This document shows, in pieces, positions 1-8,725 of a DNA stretch of 64,000 nt. The stretch is from Candidatus Moanibacter sp. Its GTDB lineage: Bacteria; Verrucomicrobiota; Verrucomicrobiia; Opitutales; UBA2987. The position numbers and the translations under genes were made by a program. The notes under the pieces were generated by a model that was not told the DNA's origin, searched no databases, and worked only from the letters and a program-made list of their open reading frames with translations. The first letter of the stretch is position 1, and every line of letters begins with the position of its first letter. The DNA is taken from contig CBDCEW010000099.1 of NCBI GenBank assembly GCA_965215885.1, forward strand, positions 64,001 to 128,000, in the 5' to 3' direction.

Positions 1-2070
1 CTTGTGAAACTTCCTTAATTCCTGGACGGTAACGGTTTCAATGTCCGAGATGAGCGTCTCAACTGTTGGTTGATAATTGGGGTGGTCTTCCGAATATATA
101 AGCCTACGAAGAGAGTTACCTGCACGATAGTCGGGATCTTCAAGGAGGCGCTTAAACTCGCCGCTTCTTTGTAATCTCAATTTACTGAGTTCTTCTTCAT
201 CAAATGCGGGACTACGCAGTTGTTCGGCGAGGATAGAAATAACCTGAGGCAGATCTCGCTTTAAACACCTTCCTGAGATATTGAGATTGTGTGTTGTGAC
301 ACTGAACGAGAGGGACGCGCCGACACTCTCCAACTTCTCGGCGAGCTCAAACTTTCCGGTTTCCTCCGTACCTTTATCGAGCATGTGGCCGGTCAAATCC
401 GCGATTGCGACATTTCCCTTCGGGCTGAAGGCGTCGCCGGCCGCGATTGTGGCGAGAATCGTTATCACATCTCTTACCTCCGTCTTCATGGCGATAGCGG
501 CGATCCCATGGATCTTCTTCTCTACGATTCGATCGGAAATGGTTGATGGCTCCAAAGTCCCGCTAATTTCTGATCTTGAGTGGGAAAGGACGGGGCTATC
601 GCTCGCAAGAGCGCTCGTCTTACCGGCTGTGGCCGTGGGGAGCGAGCTTCTTGACCCGGCTCGCGGATTCGTATATTGCTGTGTCAGCGGAGGAGACTGG
701 CCCGGTGCGCCTTTTGGAGGTAAAGGAACGAATGTTCCGCTCGTTCGACTCTCCTCGTTGAAGTATTTGCGCACGACTCTCTTGACTGCGTCCGGCGTTA
801 CCTTTGCAATCTCCTCCGGAAAGCGCACGTAGTAAGTCCAATCACCCATCGCGATGGCGTCATTGAGAATTCGGGCTACGGAGAAGGATCCGTCGCGGGA
901 GTATGCGATTTCGGCATTGAGCTGAGTAATCGCTCTTGCCAATTCCTCGTCGGTCACACCTTCTGTCTTCAGTTTCTCAAACTCATCTAGAATGACGTCG
1001 TTTACGATTGTATGATCGACACCTGGAGCAAGATAGGCGAAGGTGATGAACAATCCTGGATCCTTCAGGGCGAAGTTCCAGATAAATATGTCGACAGCCA
1101 AGCCTCTATCGATCAGTGATTTATACAATCGACTGTTCTTTCCCTGGATCAGGATTGCCTCGAGCACGTTGAGGGCGAAAGTGTCGTTGTGCGCGCCTTC
1201 AGGAACTTTGTGTCCGATACCCACAACACCGAGTTGGCCCGCACGTTTAACCATCACGGTACGAGCTCCGCGCTGTGGCGGTTCCTCAGTATATACATCC
1301 GGTATCGGTTTCGGCGAAGCGGGTATGGGACCGTAGTACTTCCCTACGAGGTTGAGGACATCTATTTTCTTAAAGTCGCCAATGGCAGTTAGGGTGGCAT
1401 TGTTGGGCCAGTAGTAAGTGTCGTAGAATTCGCGAAGTCGCTCGATCGTGACGTTTTCAATGTCCGAACGCCATCCGATCGTTGGATGGTGATAGGGGTG
1501 AGCGACGAATGCGGCAGCTACGATCTCCTTCGTCAGGGCCGTGAGGGGACTGTTTTCGCCGCGCTCGAATTCGTTGCGAACGACGTTCATTTCCGGTTGC
1601 CGGTCCTCTTCACGTAGAAAAAGATTTCGCATTCGATCCGCCTCGATCTCGATAGCCAGTTCCAGGTGATCGATGGGAATGTTGGCGTAGTAATTAGTGC
1701 GGTCGAGCCACGTGGTGGCATTCATGCGAGCGCCCACGTTCTGGAGCATACGTGAAACGTCGGTGCCTTTTCCTTTGTCGAATTTCTCCGTCCCTTTGAA
1801 CATGAGGTGTTCGAGCAGGTGGGATGCTCCCGTTGTGCCGGTGACTTCGTTTCTTGAACCAACCCGGTAGGTTACCATGAAAGTAGCAACCGGCGCCGAG
1901 TGGTCTTCCATAAGAAGGACCGTTAACCCGTTCGAATCCATCCGGTACTCTGCAATTCCTTTGAGCTCCTGTATTTCCTCAAAGCCTTCTACACTCTCGG
2001 CGCAGACCTCGAGGGTGAGAAGGAAGACAAAAAGGAGAGATAAATTACGAATTCGAGAACTAAGGTGCAT
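1..2070 (-). CDS. M16 (pitrilysin/insulinase) family zinc protease, two-lobed single chain; 3' end runs off the window
   Basis: Not in the ORF track because it has no stop. Read by hand from ATG at 2070: MHLSSRIRNLSLLFVFLLTLEVCAESVEG...YRVGSRNEVTGTTGASHLLEHLMFKGTEKF, with the HxxEH motif and a signal peptide. A Pro/Ser-rich linker at about 560-730 leads into a second lobe (TGHMLDKGT). Segments checked near 880-1 are open in the same frame. Confidence 0.9.
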   Translation of the reverse strand, partial: MHLSSRIRNLSLLFVFLLTLEVCAESVEGFEEIQELKGIAEYRMDSNGLTVLLMEDHSAPVATFMVTYRVGSRNEVTGTTGASHLLEHLMFKGTEKFDKGKGTDVSRMLQNVGARMNATTWLDRTNYYANIPIDHLELAIEIEADRMRNLFLREEDRQPEMNVVRNEFERGENSPLTALTKEIVAAAFVAHPYHHPTIGWRSDIENVTIERLREFYDTYYWPNNATLTAIGDFKKIDVLNLVGKYYGPIPASPKPIPDVYTEEPPQRGARTVMVKRAGQLGVVGIGHKVPEGAHNDTFALNVLEAILIQGKNSRLYKSLIDRGLAVDIFIWNFALKDPGLFITFAYLAPGVDHTIVNDVILDEFEKLKTEGVTDEELARAITQLNAEIAYSRDGSFSVARILNDAIAMGDWTYYVRFPEEIAKVTPDAVKRVVRKYFNEESRTSGTFVPLPPKGAPGQSPPLTQQYTNPRAGSRSSLPTATAGKTSALASDSPVLSHSRSEISGTLEPSTISDRIVEKKIHGIAAIAMKTEVRDVITILATIAAGDAFSPKGNVAIADLTGHMLDKGTEETGKFELAEKLESVGASLSFSVTTHNLNISGRCLKRDLPQVISILAEQLRSPAFDEEELSKLRLQRSGEFKRLLEDPDYRAGNSLRRLIYSEDHPNYQPTVETLISDIETVTVQELRKFHK

Positions 2071-2908
2071 TTCCCTTTAAAGCGGCTAGAAATTCGTCCA
2101 AAGTGGGAGGTTCGGGCCAGTCCTTAAACGGCGCCAGTCGCTGGTAAATCTGGGCTGCGGCGTCGTGAAATCCCTCCGGCATTTCGGCGGCGCGAAAGGT
2201 CGATGCGATTTCCTCCATTTCCCCAACGAAACGCCACGCTTTCGCGCTGTTCGAAGCCGGTACCTTGCGTGCCCTCTCCGCCGTTTCTGGTAAGTGGCGT
2301 TCCCAGACTTCGAAGATGGTGTCTCTTAGTCCGTGGGATTCGGCCACTGCAAGAATGGCGGCGAGCAGTGCCGAGGTTCCTTTCGTATTTGCCGCGAAGC
2401 ACATCTTGAGGGCCGAGGCCTGACCTGCTTCTGATCCGATAACCTCGGTTTCCAATGGGCCCGCGGCGAAGCATGTTGCTGCCTCGGCAGCCCGTCTCCC
2501 TGAGAGATAGAGCCAGGTCTTTTTCCGTTTCCAGGCCGGTCCTCCCACGATGCCGCCGTCTACGAAATCGATGTCGGAATTTTCCAAATTCCTGCCGATT
2601 CGGATCGCTCGTTCCGGGGCAATAGCGTTGGCATCGATGAACAGCCCGGAAAAGTCGCTGCTCGCTAAAGATGCAGCAATTTCCTCCGCTACGCCCGGTG
2701 GACATACACTGACGATGACTGAGCTTTGACAGGAAAGCTCGGCGATTGATCCCGCATCATTTAGATTTTCGCGTTGAGCCCGTTGGGTAGTGGCCTCGCT
2801 TCGGTCGGCGGAAGCCCAGAGAACCTTGCAACCACTGTTCCTGGCGGTGGCAGCCACCGATACTCCCATCTCGCCGGGGTGCAGTATGCCTAGAGTCTTT
2901 GTCTTCAT
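2060..2908 (-). CDS. NAD(P)-dependent oxidoreductase (6PGD/3-hydroxyisobutyrate dehydrogenase-like, DUF1932 C-terminus)
   Basis: Rossmann start GILHPGEMG, FVDGGIVGGP, ASALKMCFA and KAWRFVGEMEEIA motifs. Confidence 0.8.
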   Translation of the reverse strand: MKTKTLGILHPGEMGVSVAATARNSGCKVLWASADRSEATTQRAQRENLNDAGSIAELSCQSSVIVSVCPPGVAEEIAASLASSDFSGLFIDANAIAPERAIRIGRNLENSDIDFVDGGIVGGPAWKRKKTWLYLSGRRAAEAATCFAAGPLETEVIGSEAGQASALKMCFAANTKGTSALLAAILAVAESHGLRDTIFEVWERHLPETAERARKVPASNSAKAWRFVGEMEEIASTFRAAEMPEGFHDAAAQIYQRLAPFKDWPEPPTLDEFLAALKGNAP

Positions 2909-3078
2909 GAGCGTCAGCTTAGCAGAATTGATTCAGAATTGAACGACAAGCCCCTTTTGCTTTGCTTTTGCCGTTCGTCAGCCTGATTTCTCATCAGATT
3001 TTTGGATTAGGCTCCCTGAGAACATTGAACGGTGTTTTTGAATTTTAGGCCTTCTGATAATCGGTTATTATTTTTAAC

Positions 3079-3293
3079 TTGGTAATTCCCCGCAGCTTGC
3101 TACGGGGTCGCTGACTTTCTCAGGCATCATCGTGCGCGGAGCGCCCGATCCACCAGTAGCAAGGATGCTAGTGGTGGATCGGCCTCTCCGGGGACGTTTG
3201 TATAAACTTCGAGTAAAGCATAGGAAATTTCTGTCCGAATGGCGAAAGAATTAGATACCCCGTCCGCGGCATGCCGGGACGGGAAGTTTTCAT
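3079..3293. mobile_element. Non-autonomous IS200/IS605-end-like (PATE-like) element
   Basis: Hairpin CCCCGCAGCTTGCTACGGGG at 3088-3107; second hairpin CCCCGTCCGCGGCATGCCGGGACGGG at 3258-3283, followed by TTCAT; the right part recurs at 51963-52030. Confidence 0.5.
3128..3199. repeat. GTGG-type REP doublet nested in the PATE-like element
   Basis: Arms CATCGTGCGCGGAGCGCCCGATCCACC and GGTGGATCGGCCTCTCCGGGGACGTTT, each GTGG plus a palindrome; related single copies at 10266-10292 and 52028-52044. Confidence 0.6.
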
Positions 3294-3368
3294 TGAAAAT
3301 TAAAAAGAAGCGAGCAGATCACTTGAAGATGAGTTCGCCGCGGGCAAGGTGAAATTAAGAGGAGAGCC

Positions 3369-3554
3369 CTAGCCCGAACATTTCACAAACCTTCTGCTAC
3401 GACCGCGGATATCACTGCGTCTCAACCCCTTCCCTTGCTCGGCGACCTCAGAGGGTTCCAACACACTGTCGCCCGACGACCTGCGGAAAGGCCCTGATAC
3501 GCAGTCCCGGCACGCCGGGATCTCTCTGCGAAGTGTGTGAAATGTCCGGGCTAG
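3369..3554. mobile_element. MITE with CTAG-flanked terminal inverted repeats (IS1380-like ends)
   Basis: CTAGCCCGAACATTTCACA ... TGTGAAATGTCCGGGCTAG; no coding content. Confidence 0.65.
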
Positions 3555-3676
3555 TTCAGCGCAACTCGCGAGAAAAGCTCGATGGATTGAAAGCGATCTT
3601 GGGCAACCTGTTTCAGGCGGTAGGCACGTCTGGATCGCCACCTCCTTCTTAAAGAGTACTCCGGATGACACAACGA

Positions 3677-3711
3677 TGTCATTGCGAGGAGCGCGCGACG
3701 CGGCAATCCAC
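3677..3711. repeat. TGTCATTGCGAG-type palindromic repeat (single arm)
   Basis: TGTCATTGCGAGGAGCGCGCGACGCGGCAATCCAC; same family as 16713-16796 and 44186-44373. Confidence 0.6.
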
Positions 3712-3968
3712 GATTCCGCCGAGAGCCGCCATTGCGTGATTGCTCTCCCGCTGAGCGGCGTCGTGATTTGGCTCGTGGCATTGTTCGTTATTCGCCGAAA
3801 TACGAACAAAAAGCCGGCAGAAAACTTCCAGACATGATTTCGGATTACTTACTGCGCTCCAGTATCTGGTGAGATCCGGCAGCAGCTTGAGAGCATAAGG
3901 TGAGGCGAAAGGCTTTTGCTCAGACGATCGACGTTGTGTAGGACCGAGCTTGGTCGGGATCTCTACAT

Positions 3969-4264
3969 CGATGTTTAATGTTCGATGTTGGACGTTCAAA
4001 TCGGGGTCGATATCTTTGTCGTAAGCCTCGTCGCAAACTTCGTCGTCTGAACCCCGAATCGAAATACTATCAACAAGATTCCCTCCTACGCTCTTTTTTT
4101 GTGAGCATTGTCGTAAGCTTCGTCGAATTATTGCGTAGTTTTCTGGGGAAAGCGCGACTCTTCGACTGCAAGCTTTCGATCCCGCTCAGCGGGATTTACG
4201 ACCAAGCTGCCGACCAAGGTTCAGGAGATCGGCTAGATTGATTTCGACAAAGCTGACGACGAAG
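3969..4264. repeat. Degenerate short tandem repeats (7-mer GATGTTC-like; 12-mer CTTTGTCGTAAG-like, both orientations)
   Basis: cgatgtttaatgttcgatgttggacgttc; ctttgtcgtaagcctcgtcgcaaacttcgtcg; inverted cgaccaagctgccgaccaagg and cgacaaagctgacgacgaag. Confidence 0.55.
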
Positions 4265-4433
4265 ACTCATCTGCGGAAGGCCCTGATCCCGTTCAGCATT
4301 TTGACGGGCTCACCGCGGGCCGGGAAGGGGGTAACCAATAGCCTCGCGTCAACTTCTCATCAGGACTGGACAGGTTTCCCGACACGTGGAGAGAAGCTTC
4401 ACTCATGTATGATCTCCATGAAGATGAGCCACC

Positions 4434-5300
4434 TCACGAACCCACAGCCCTCGGGTCGAAGGCGTCGCGGAGGCCGTCGCCGAGGAAGTTGAGGGAGAAG
4501 AGGGTGAGGGAGAAGACAATGGAGGGGAAGATGAGGAGCCAGGGGTAGGCTTCCATAGCGTCGGCGCCCTCTTTTATGAGAATGCCCCAGGAGGTCATGG
4601 GAGGCTGGACGCCGAGACCGAGGAAGCTGACGAAGGCTTCGAGAAGCATAACGCTGGGGATTGTGAGAGTGGCGTAGACGATGATGGTGCCGAGGATGTT
4701 GGGAAGGAGATGCTTAATGATGATTTTTCGGCGCGACTGTCCAAGAGCGCGGGAAGCCTGGACAAACTCCTGAACCTTTAGAGAGAGAGCCTGGCCGCGT
4801 ACGATGCGTGCCATGGTGAGCCATTCCACAGTCCCGATAGCGACAAAAATCAAGATGATGTTGCGCCCGAATACAACCGTGAGTAGAATTACGAAGATGG
4901 TGAAAGGCATGGAGTAAATGATCTCGACGAGGCGCATCATGATCCGGTCGGTCCAACCGCCGGCGAAGCCGGAAATGAGCCCGTAAGAGACGCCGATGGT
5001 AAGGGAAACGAGAGTTGCAAGGAGGCCGACCAGTAGTGAGATACGCCCGCCGTAAAGCATGCGGCTGATGAGATCCCGTCCCAAGGTATCAGTGCCGAGC
5101 CAATGTTCTGAGGAGGGTGAAGTGGGGCCGAGTGAGAGGTTGGTGGCTTCAAAAGGATAGGGGGCGAGGAGCGGGGCCAATGCGGAAATAGTCCCGACAA
5201 CCAGGATAAAGATTAGCCCGGTGAGGGCCGGTCGGTTGCTTCTGAGGCGTCGCCAGGCGTCGCTCCAGAGGGAATATGGGGCCTCTGTGCTACAATCCAT
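4434..5300 (-). CDS. oppC: Oligopeptide ABC transporter permease OppC
   Basis: SLWSDAWRRL N-terminus, HWLGTDTLGRD, EAA loop, FLGLGVQPP, NFLGDGLRDAFDPR. Confidence 0.92.
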   Translation of the reverse strand: MDCSTEAPYSLWSDAWRRLRSNRPALTGLIFILVVGTISALAPLLAPYPFEATNLSLGPTSPSSEHWLGTDTLGRDLISRMLYGGRISLLVGLLATLVSLTIGVSYGLISGFAGGWTDRIMMRLVEIIYSMPFTIFVILLTVVFGRNIILIFVAIGTVEWLTMARIVRGQALSLKVQEFVQASRALGQSRRKIIIKHLLPNILGTIIVYATLTIPSVMLLEAFVSFLGLGVQPPMTSWGILIKEGADAMEAYPWLLIFPSIVFSLTLFSLNFLGDGLRDAFDPRAVGS

Positions 5301-5385
5301 CAGAACCAGGTTTTTTTAACACGTCTTGGGGTGTAGCATGGTGGTATTCAAAGCTGTGGAGTTCAGCGTGGAAGGACCCACGAGT

Positions 5386-5410
5386 TTGGTTGCGGCTACG
5401 CTGCGCTAGG
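5386..5410. repeat. 25-nt dispersed repeat TTGGTTGCGGCTACGCTGCGCTAGG
   Basis: Exact copy at 8657-8681; partial copy at 6628-6639. Confidence 0.75.
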
Positions 5411-5452
5411 CCCTTTCGTATGCTCCTGTCTGATTTCATGGCCAATCAATTG

Positions 5453-6370
5453 CTACTGATATCGGATTCTTGGGTTGAGAAGGCTCTGGAGGATGTCGAC
5501 GAGGAGATTGAGTAAAATGAGAAGGGTGGCGTAAAATAGAACGGTACCGATAACCATGGTGTAGTCGCGGTTGAAGGCGGCGTTGACGAAAAAGCGTCCG
5601 AGACCCGGAATGTGGAAGATCGTTTCGACGACAAATGAACCACTGATAACGCCGGCCGCGGCGGGGCCGAGAAAGCTGACTACCGGCAGGATACCGTTGC
5701 GGAGCGCGTGAACGAGGGTAACCCGCCATTCCGGCAGACCTTTGGCACGGGCGGTGCGAATGTAGTCCTCGTTGTGCACTTCGAGCATGCTCCCACGGGT
5801 GAGTCGCGCCACGTAAGCGGCGTAAAAAATCCCAAGAGTGAGCGACGGCAGAACACGATCACCCAGCAGGAACCAGCCGGATACATTGAACCACTCGAGT
5901 TTGAGGGCAAAAACGAGAACGAGAATGGGGCCGAGAACGAAGGTGGGGAGGCAGATACCGATCATAGCCAAGGCCATGGGGAAATGATCGCTCCACCGAT
6001 TCGGTTTCAGGGAAGCAATGACTCCCGCGCTCGTGCCGATAAGAACGGCGATGATGAGGGCATAGATTCCCAATTCCAGGGAGACGGGAATCTTCGCCAG
6101 GATGAGTTCATTGACTGTCCAGCCGGGATATTTAAAAGAGGGACCGAGATCTCCGCTGAGCAGGTTGCCGATAAAGCGGAGGTACTGCACCAGCATGCTG
6201 TCATCGAGTCCGTAATGGGCGTTGAGGGCTTCTTCTACTTCTGGTGAGACGGTCTTCTCACGGTCAAAGGGTCCACCTGGGGCCAGGCGCACAAGGAAGA
6301 ATGTGGCAGTGGCGATGATGAAGAGAACCGGAATGGCTTCGAGGAAGCGGCGTATGATGAGTTTGGGCAT
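5453..6370 (-). CDS. oppB: Oligopeptide ABC transporter permease OppB
   Basis: RLAPGGPF, GDLGPSFKY, DYIRTARAKGL, VETIFHIPGLG, NRDY motifs. Confidence 0.93.
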   Translation of the reverse strand: MPKLIIRRFLEAIPVLFIIATATFFLVRLAPGGPFDREKTVSPEVEEALNAHYGLDDSMLVQYLRFIGNLLSGDLGPSFKYPGWTVNELILAKIPVSLELGIYALIIAVLIGTSAGVIASLKPNRWSDHFPMALAMIGICLPTFVLGPILVLVFALKLEWFNVSGWFLLGDRVLPSLTLGIFYAAYVARLTRGSMLEVHNEDYIRTARAKGLPEWRVTLVHALRNGILPVVSFLGPAAAGVISGSFVVETIFHIPGLGRFFVNAAFNRDYTMVIGTVLFYATLLILLNLLVDILQSLLNPRIRYQ

Positions 6371-6743
6371 GGGAAGTGTAGTCGTCCTCGTTCTCGTAAT
6401 CGTTCTCGTTCTCGAAAGAGGGATGCCCGCTAAAGACGCGAAAATACGCGAAAGCGGAGTCTTCGGGGAGGATAGGTTGGTGCCAGGGAGTCTGTGAAGA
6501 GAGTTCTATTGAGGTTCGCGAAAAGGGTGCCGGGAAAGGCGAAGATACCGCGGGAATAGGGACATATTCCTTCTAATGCGTACTTGCGTATTATCGATGC
6601 AGCAGACCTTGTCCCGAACCTTGTCGATTGGTTGCGGCTCTGCTCCGAAACCAGACACCAGAAACCCGAAACCTGTGACCTCGTGTTATCTCCTGTTTCG
6701 GACTCGACTATGTTCACTGCAGACGGTTTCGACACAACGCTAA

Positions 6744-8381
6744 TCACCCCCCCTCAAGATAGACGAATTTGTAGGGGTGCTGGTCGAGGATATTGGGGTG
6801 CCACGACCGCACGGAAGGTTGTTTGAGGTAGGTGCGCACGTAGAAGTAGATGGGGATGATTGGGAGTTGGTCGACGAGGATGGATTCTGCCTGCTGAAAG
6901 AGTTCGTAACGCTCCGCAGGATCAAGAGTAAGGCTGGCCCTTTCAATGAGGGAATCATAATCGGTATGGCTCCAACCGGAGTGATTATTTCCGGAAGTGC
7001 TGGTAAGGAGATCGAGAAAGGTATTTGGGTCGTTGTAATCGCCGATCCAGCCGGCCCTGGCGATGGCAAAGTCTCCGTTGCTACGTGACGCCAAGTACAC
7101 TTTCCACTCTTGATTCTCTAAAGTCACTTCGATGTTGAGATTTCTCTTCCACATGTCCTGAATCGCCTCAGCGATGGGGCGATGGGCCTCTGAGGTATTG
7201 TAAAGGAGGGGAAGCGCTGGAAATCCCTCTCCGTTTGGATAACCGGCCTCGGCGAGGAGTTTCCTTGCCAATTCGTCGTCCTCCGATAAACGGGCCCGGG
7301 CGGTGTATCCGGCAGTGTTGGGTGGCGTGAAGTGATAGGCGGGTAGTTGGCCGCCCTGCGTTATGTTTTCGACGATGGCGGATCGATCGATGGCGAGATT
7401 TAGCGCCAGACGCACTTTCTGTTGGTCGAGGGGAGGAACATTCGTATTCAAAAGATAGTAGTAGGTGCCAAGCCATGCGTGGAGTTGGAGATGATCGGGC
7501 CGCTCTCTTCGCAATCTTTCCATACTGTTGAGGTTCACGGTGTTGGTTACGTGGAGTTGACCAGAACGGAAATTGCGCTCTTCCGTAATCTGATTCTCGA
7601 TGGCGTAAAAGCGTATCTCCTTAAGCTTCACTCGCTCGGCGTCCCAATAGTGAGGATTCTTTTTCACCACAACGACATCGCCTAAGTTCCAAATATCCAG
7701 GATGAAAGGACCATTGCCTACATGGTTTCCCGGACGGGTCCACCGCGTGCCCCGGCGATCCATCGGTCCAAATTTCAGAATCGTAGACGGGTTTACGGGA
7801 TACCAGGAGTTGTGGTTGATAAGGGAAAGAAAATAGGGAGTGGGCGCTTTCAGAGAAATTCGGAGGGTGGCGGGATCGAGCGCCTCAAATCCAACTTTGG
7901 AGAATTCGGTTAGCTTGCCTTGATGATAAAGCTCAGCGTTCTTCACGACATAGAGCATGTAGGCATATTCGGCTCCAAATCCGGGTGTCAGCATGCGGCG
8001 GTAGGAGAAGACGAAGTCTTCGGCCGTGACGGGATCGCCGTTTGACCAGCGCGCGTCGGATCTGAGGTAAAAAGTGTAGCGAAGACCGTCGTCAGATATC
8101 TCCCAACGTTCCGCAACACCCGGAATGGGGTGCAGGTCTTCGGGATCAGAGTTCACCAAACCCTCGAAAAGAGCCATGTGGATATGATGCTCGGGCAGGC
8201 CGGTAGTCACCTGCGGATCGAGGTCTTCCGGATCCGTGCCGTTTCCGAAGAGAAGGATCTGCTGCGTGTTACCCACCTCGACCGGAGTAACACGTTTACG
8301 GCATGCGTTGGAGAGGCATAGTGCGGAAATTACGAACAGGAGAAAGAACGAGGTTCGCAGACTCTCAAGTATCCTTGGCAT
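6744..8381 (-). CDS. oppA: Oligopeptide ABC transporter substrate-binding lipoprotein OppA
   Basis: Lipobox LSNAC, family-5 SBP motifs (PGVAERWEISDDG, WSNGDPVTAEDF, GNGPF, RAGWIGDYNDP). Confidence 0.92.
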   Translation of the reverse strand: MPRILESLRTSFFLLFVISALCLSNACRKRVTPVEVGNTQQILLFGNGTDPEDLDPQVTTGLPEHHIHMALFEGLVNSDPEDLHPIPGVAERWEISDDGLRYTFYLRSDARWSNGDPVTAEDFVFSYRRMLTPGFGAEYAYMLYVVKNAELYHQGKLTEFSKVGFEALDPATLRISLKAPTPYFLSLINHNSWYPVNPSTILKFGPMDRRGTRWTRPGNHVGNGPFILDIWNLGDVVVVKKNPHYWDAERVKLKEIRFYAIENQITEERNFRSGQLHVTNTVNLNSMERLRRERPDHLQLHAWLGTYYYLLNTNVPPLDQQKVRLALNLAIDRSAIVENITQGGQLPAYHFTPPNTAGYTARARLSEDDELARKLLAEAGYPNGEGFPALPLLYNTSEAHRPIAEAIQDMWKRNLNIEVTLENQEWKVYLASRSNGDFAIARAGWIGDYNDPNTFLDLLTSTSGNNHSGWSHTDYDSLIERASLTLDPAERYELFQQAESILVDQLPIIPIYFYVRTYLKQPSVRSWHPNILDQHPYKFVYLEGG

Positions 8382-8487
8382 ATTAGGCTTATCCCGTTGT
8401 AACTCTGTGCTCCCTATTACAATCCATCAGTACTTTGTTTCTTAATGCGTTTTGGAGAGTAATATGTTGGAATTCAAAGTAGTGCGG

Positions 8488-8681
8488 TCGACAAGGTTCG
8501 GGACAAGGTTCGCGACAAGGTTACCAGGGAGGTCGGAGTTACCTTCTCAATTTCGATCATGATTGTCCTTACTGGTAACGGATTCGGCTCACCGCAGGCC
8601 TACTCAGAACTCAGCGGAGTAAACCTCGTCCCAAACCTTGTCCCGAACCTTGTCGATTGGTTGCGGCTACGCTGCGCTAGG
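8488..8681. repeat. Fold-back of 12-mer tandem arrays plus the 25-nt repeat
   Basis: Three GACAAGGTTCGG-like units at 8488-8522, inverted array at 8622-8656, then TTGGTTGCGGCTACGCTGCGCTAGG; the same junction occurs at 6606-6639. Confidence 0.7.
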
Positions 8682-8725
8682 AATCTTTGTGTTACCTCTT
8701 TTCTCCGGTCAAAAGTAAAACTGAT

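Noticed and set aside
3782..3808. Verrucomicrobial LexA box (TGTTC-N4-GAACA)
   Set aside because: The half sites are 17 nt apart, not 4
3369..4492. Short ORFs in the large spacer (3369-3809, 3679-3999, 3978-4241, 4238-4492)
   Set aside because: They translate repeat units and show no RBS or family motifs
8488..8681. Possible CRISPR array from the recurring GACAAGGTTCG units
   Set aside because: Units are 12-nt head-to-tail repeats with no unique spacers, and no cas genes are in the window
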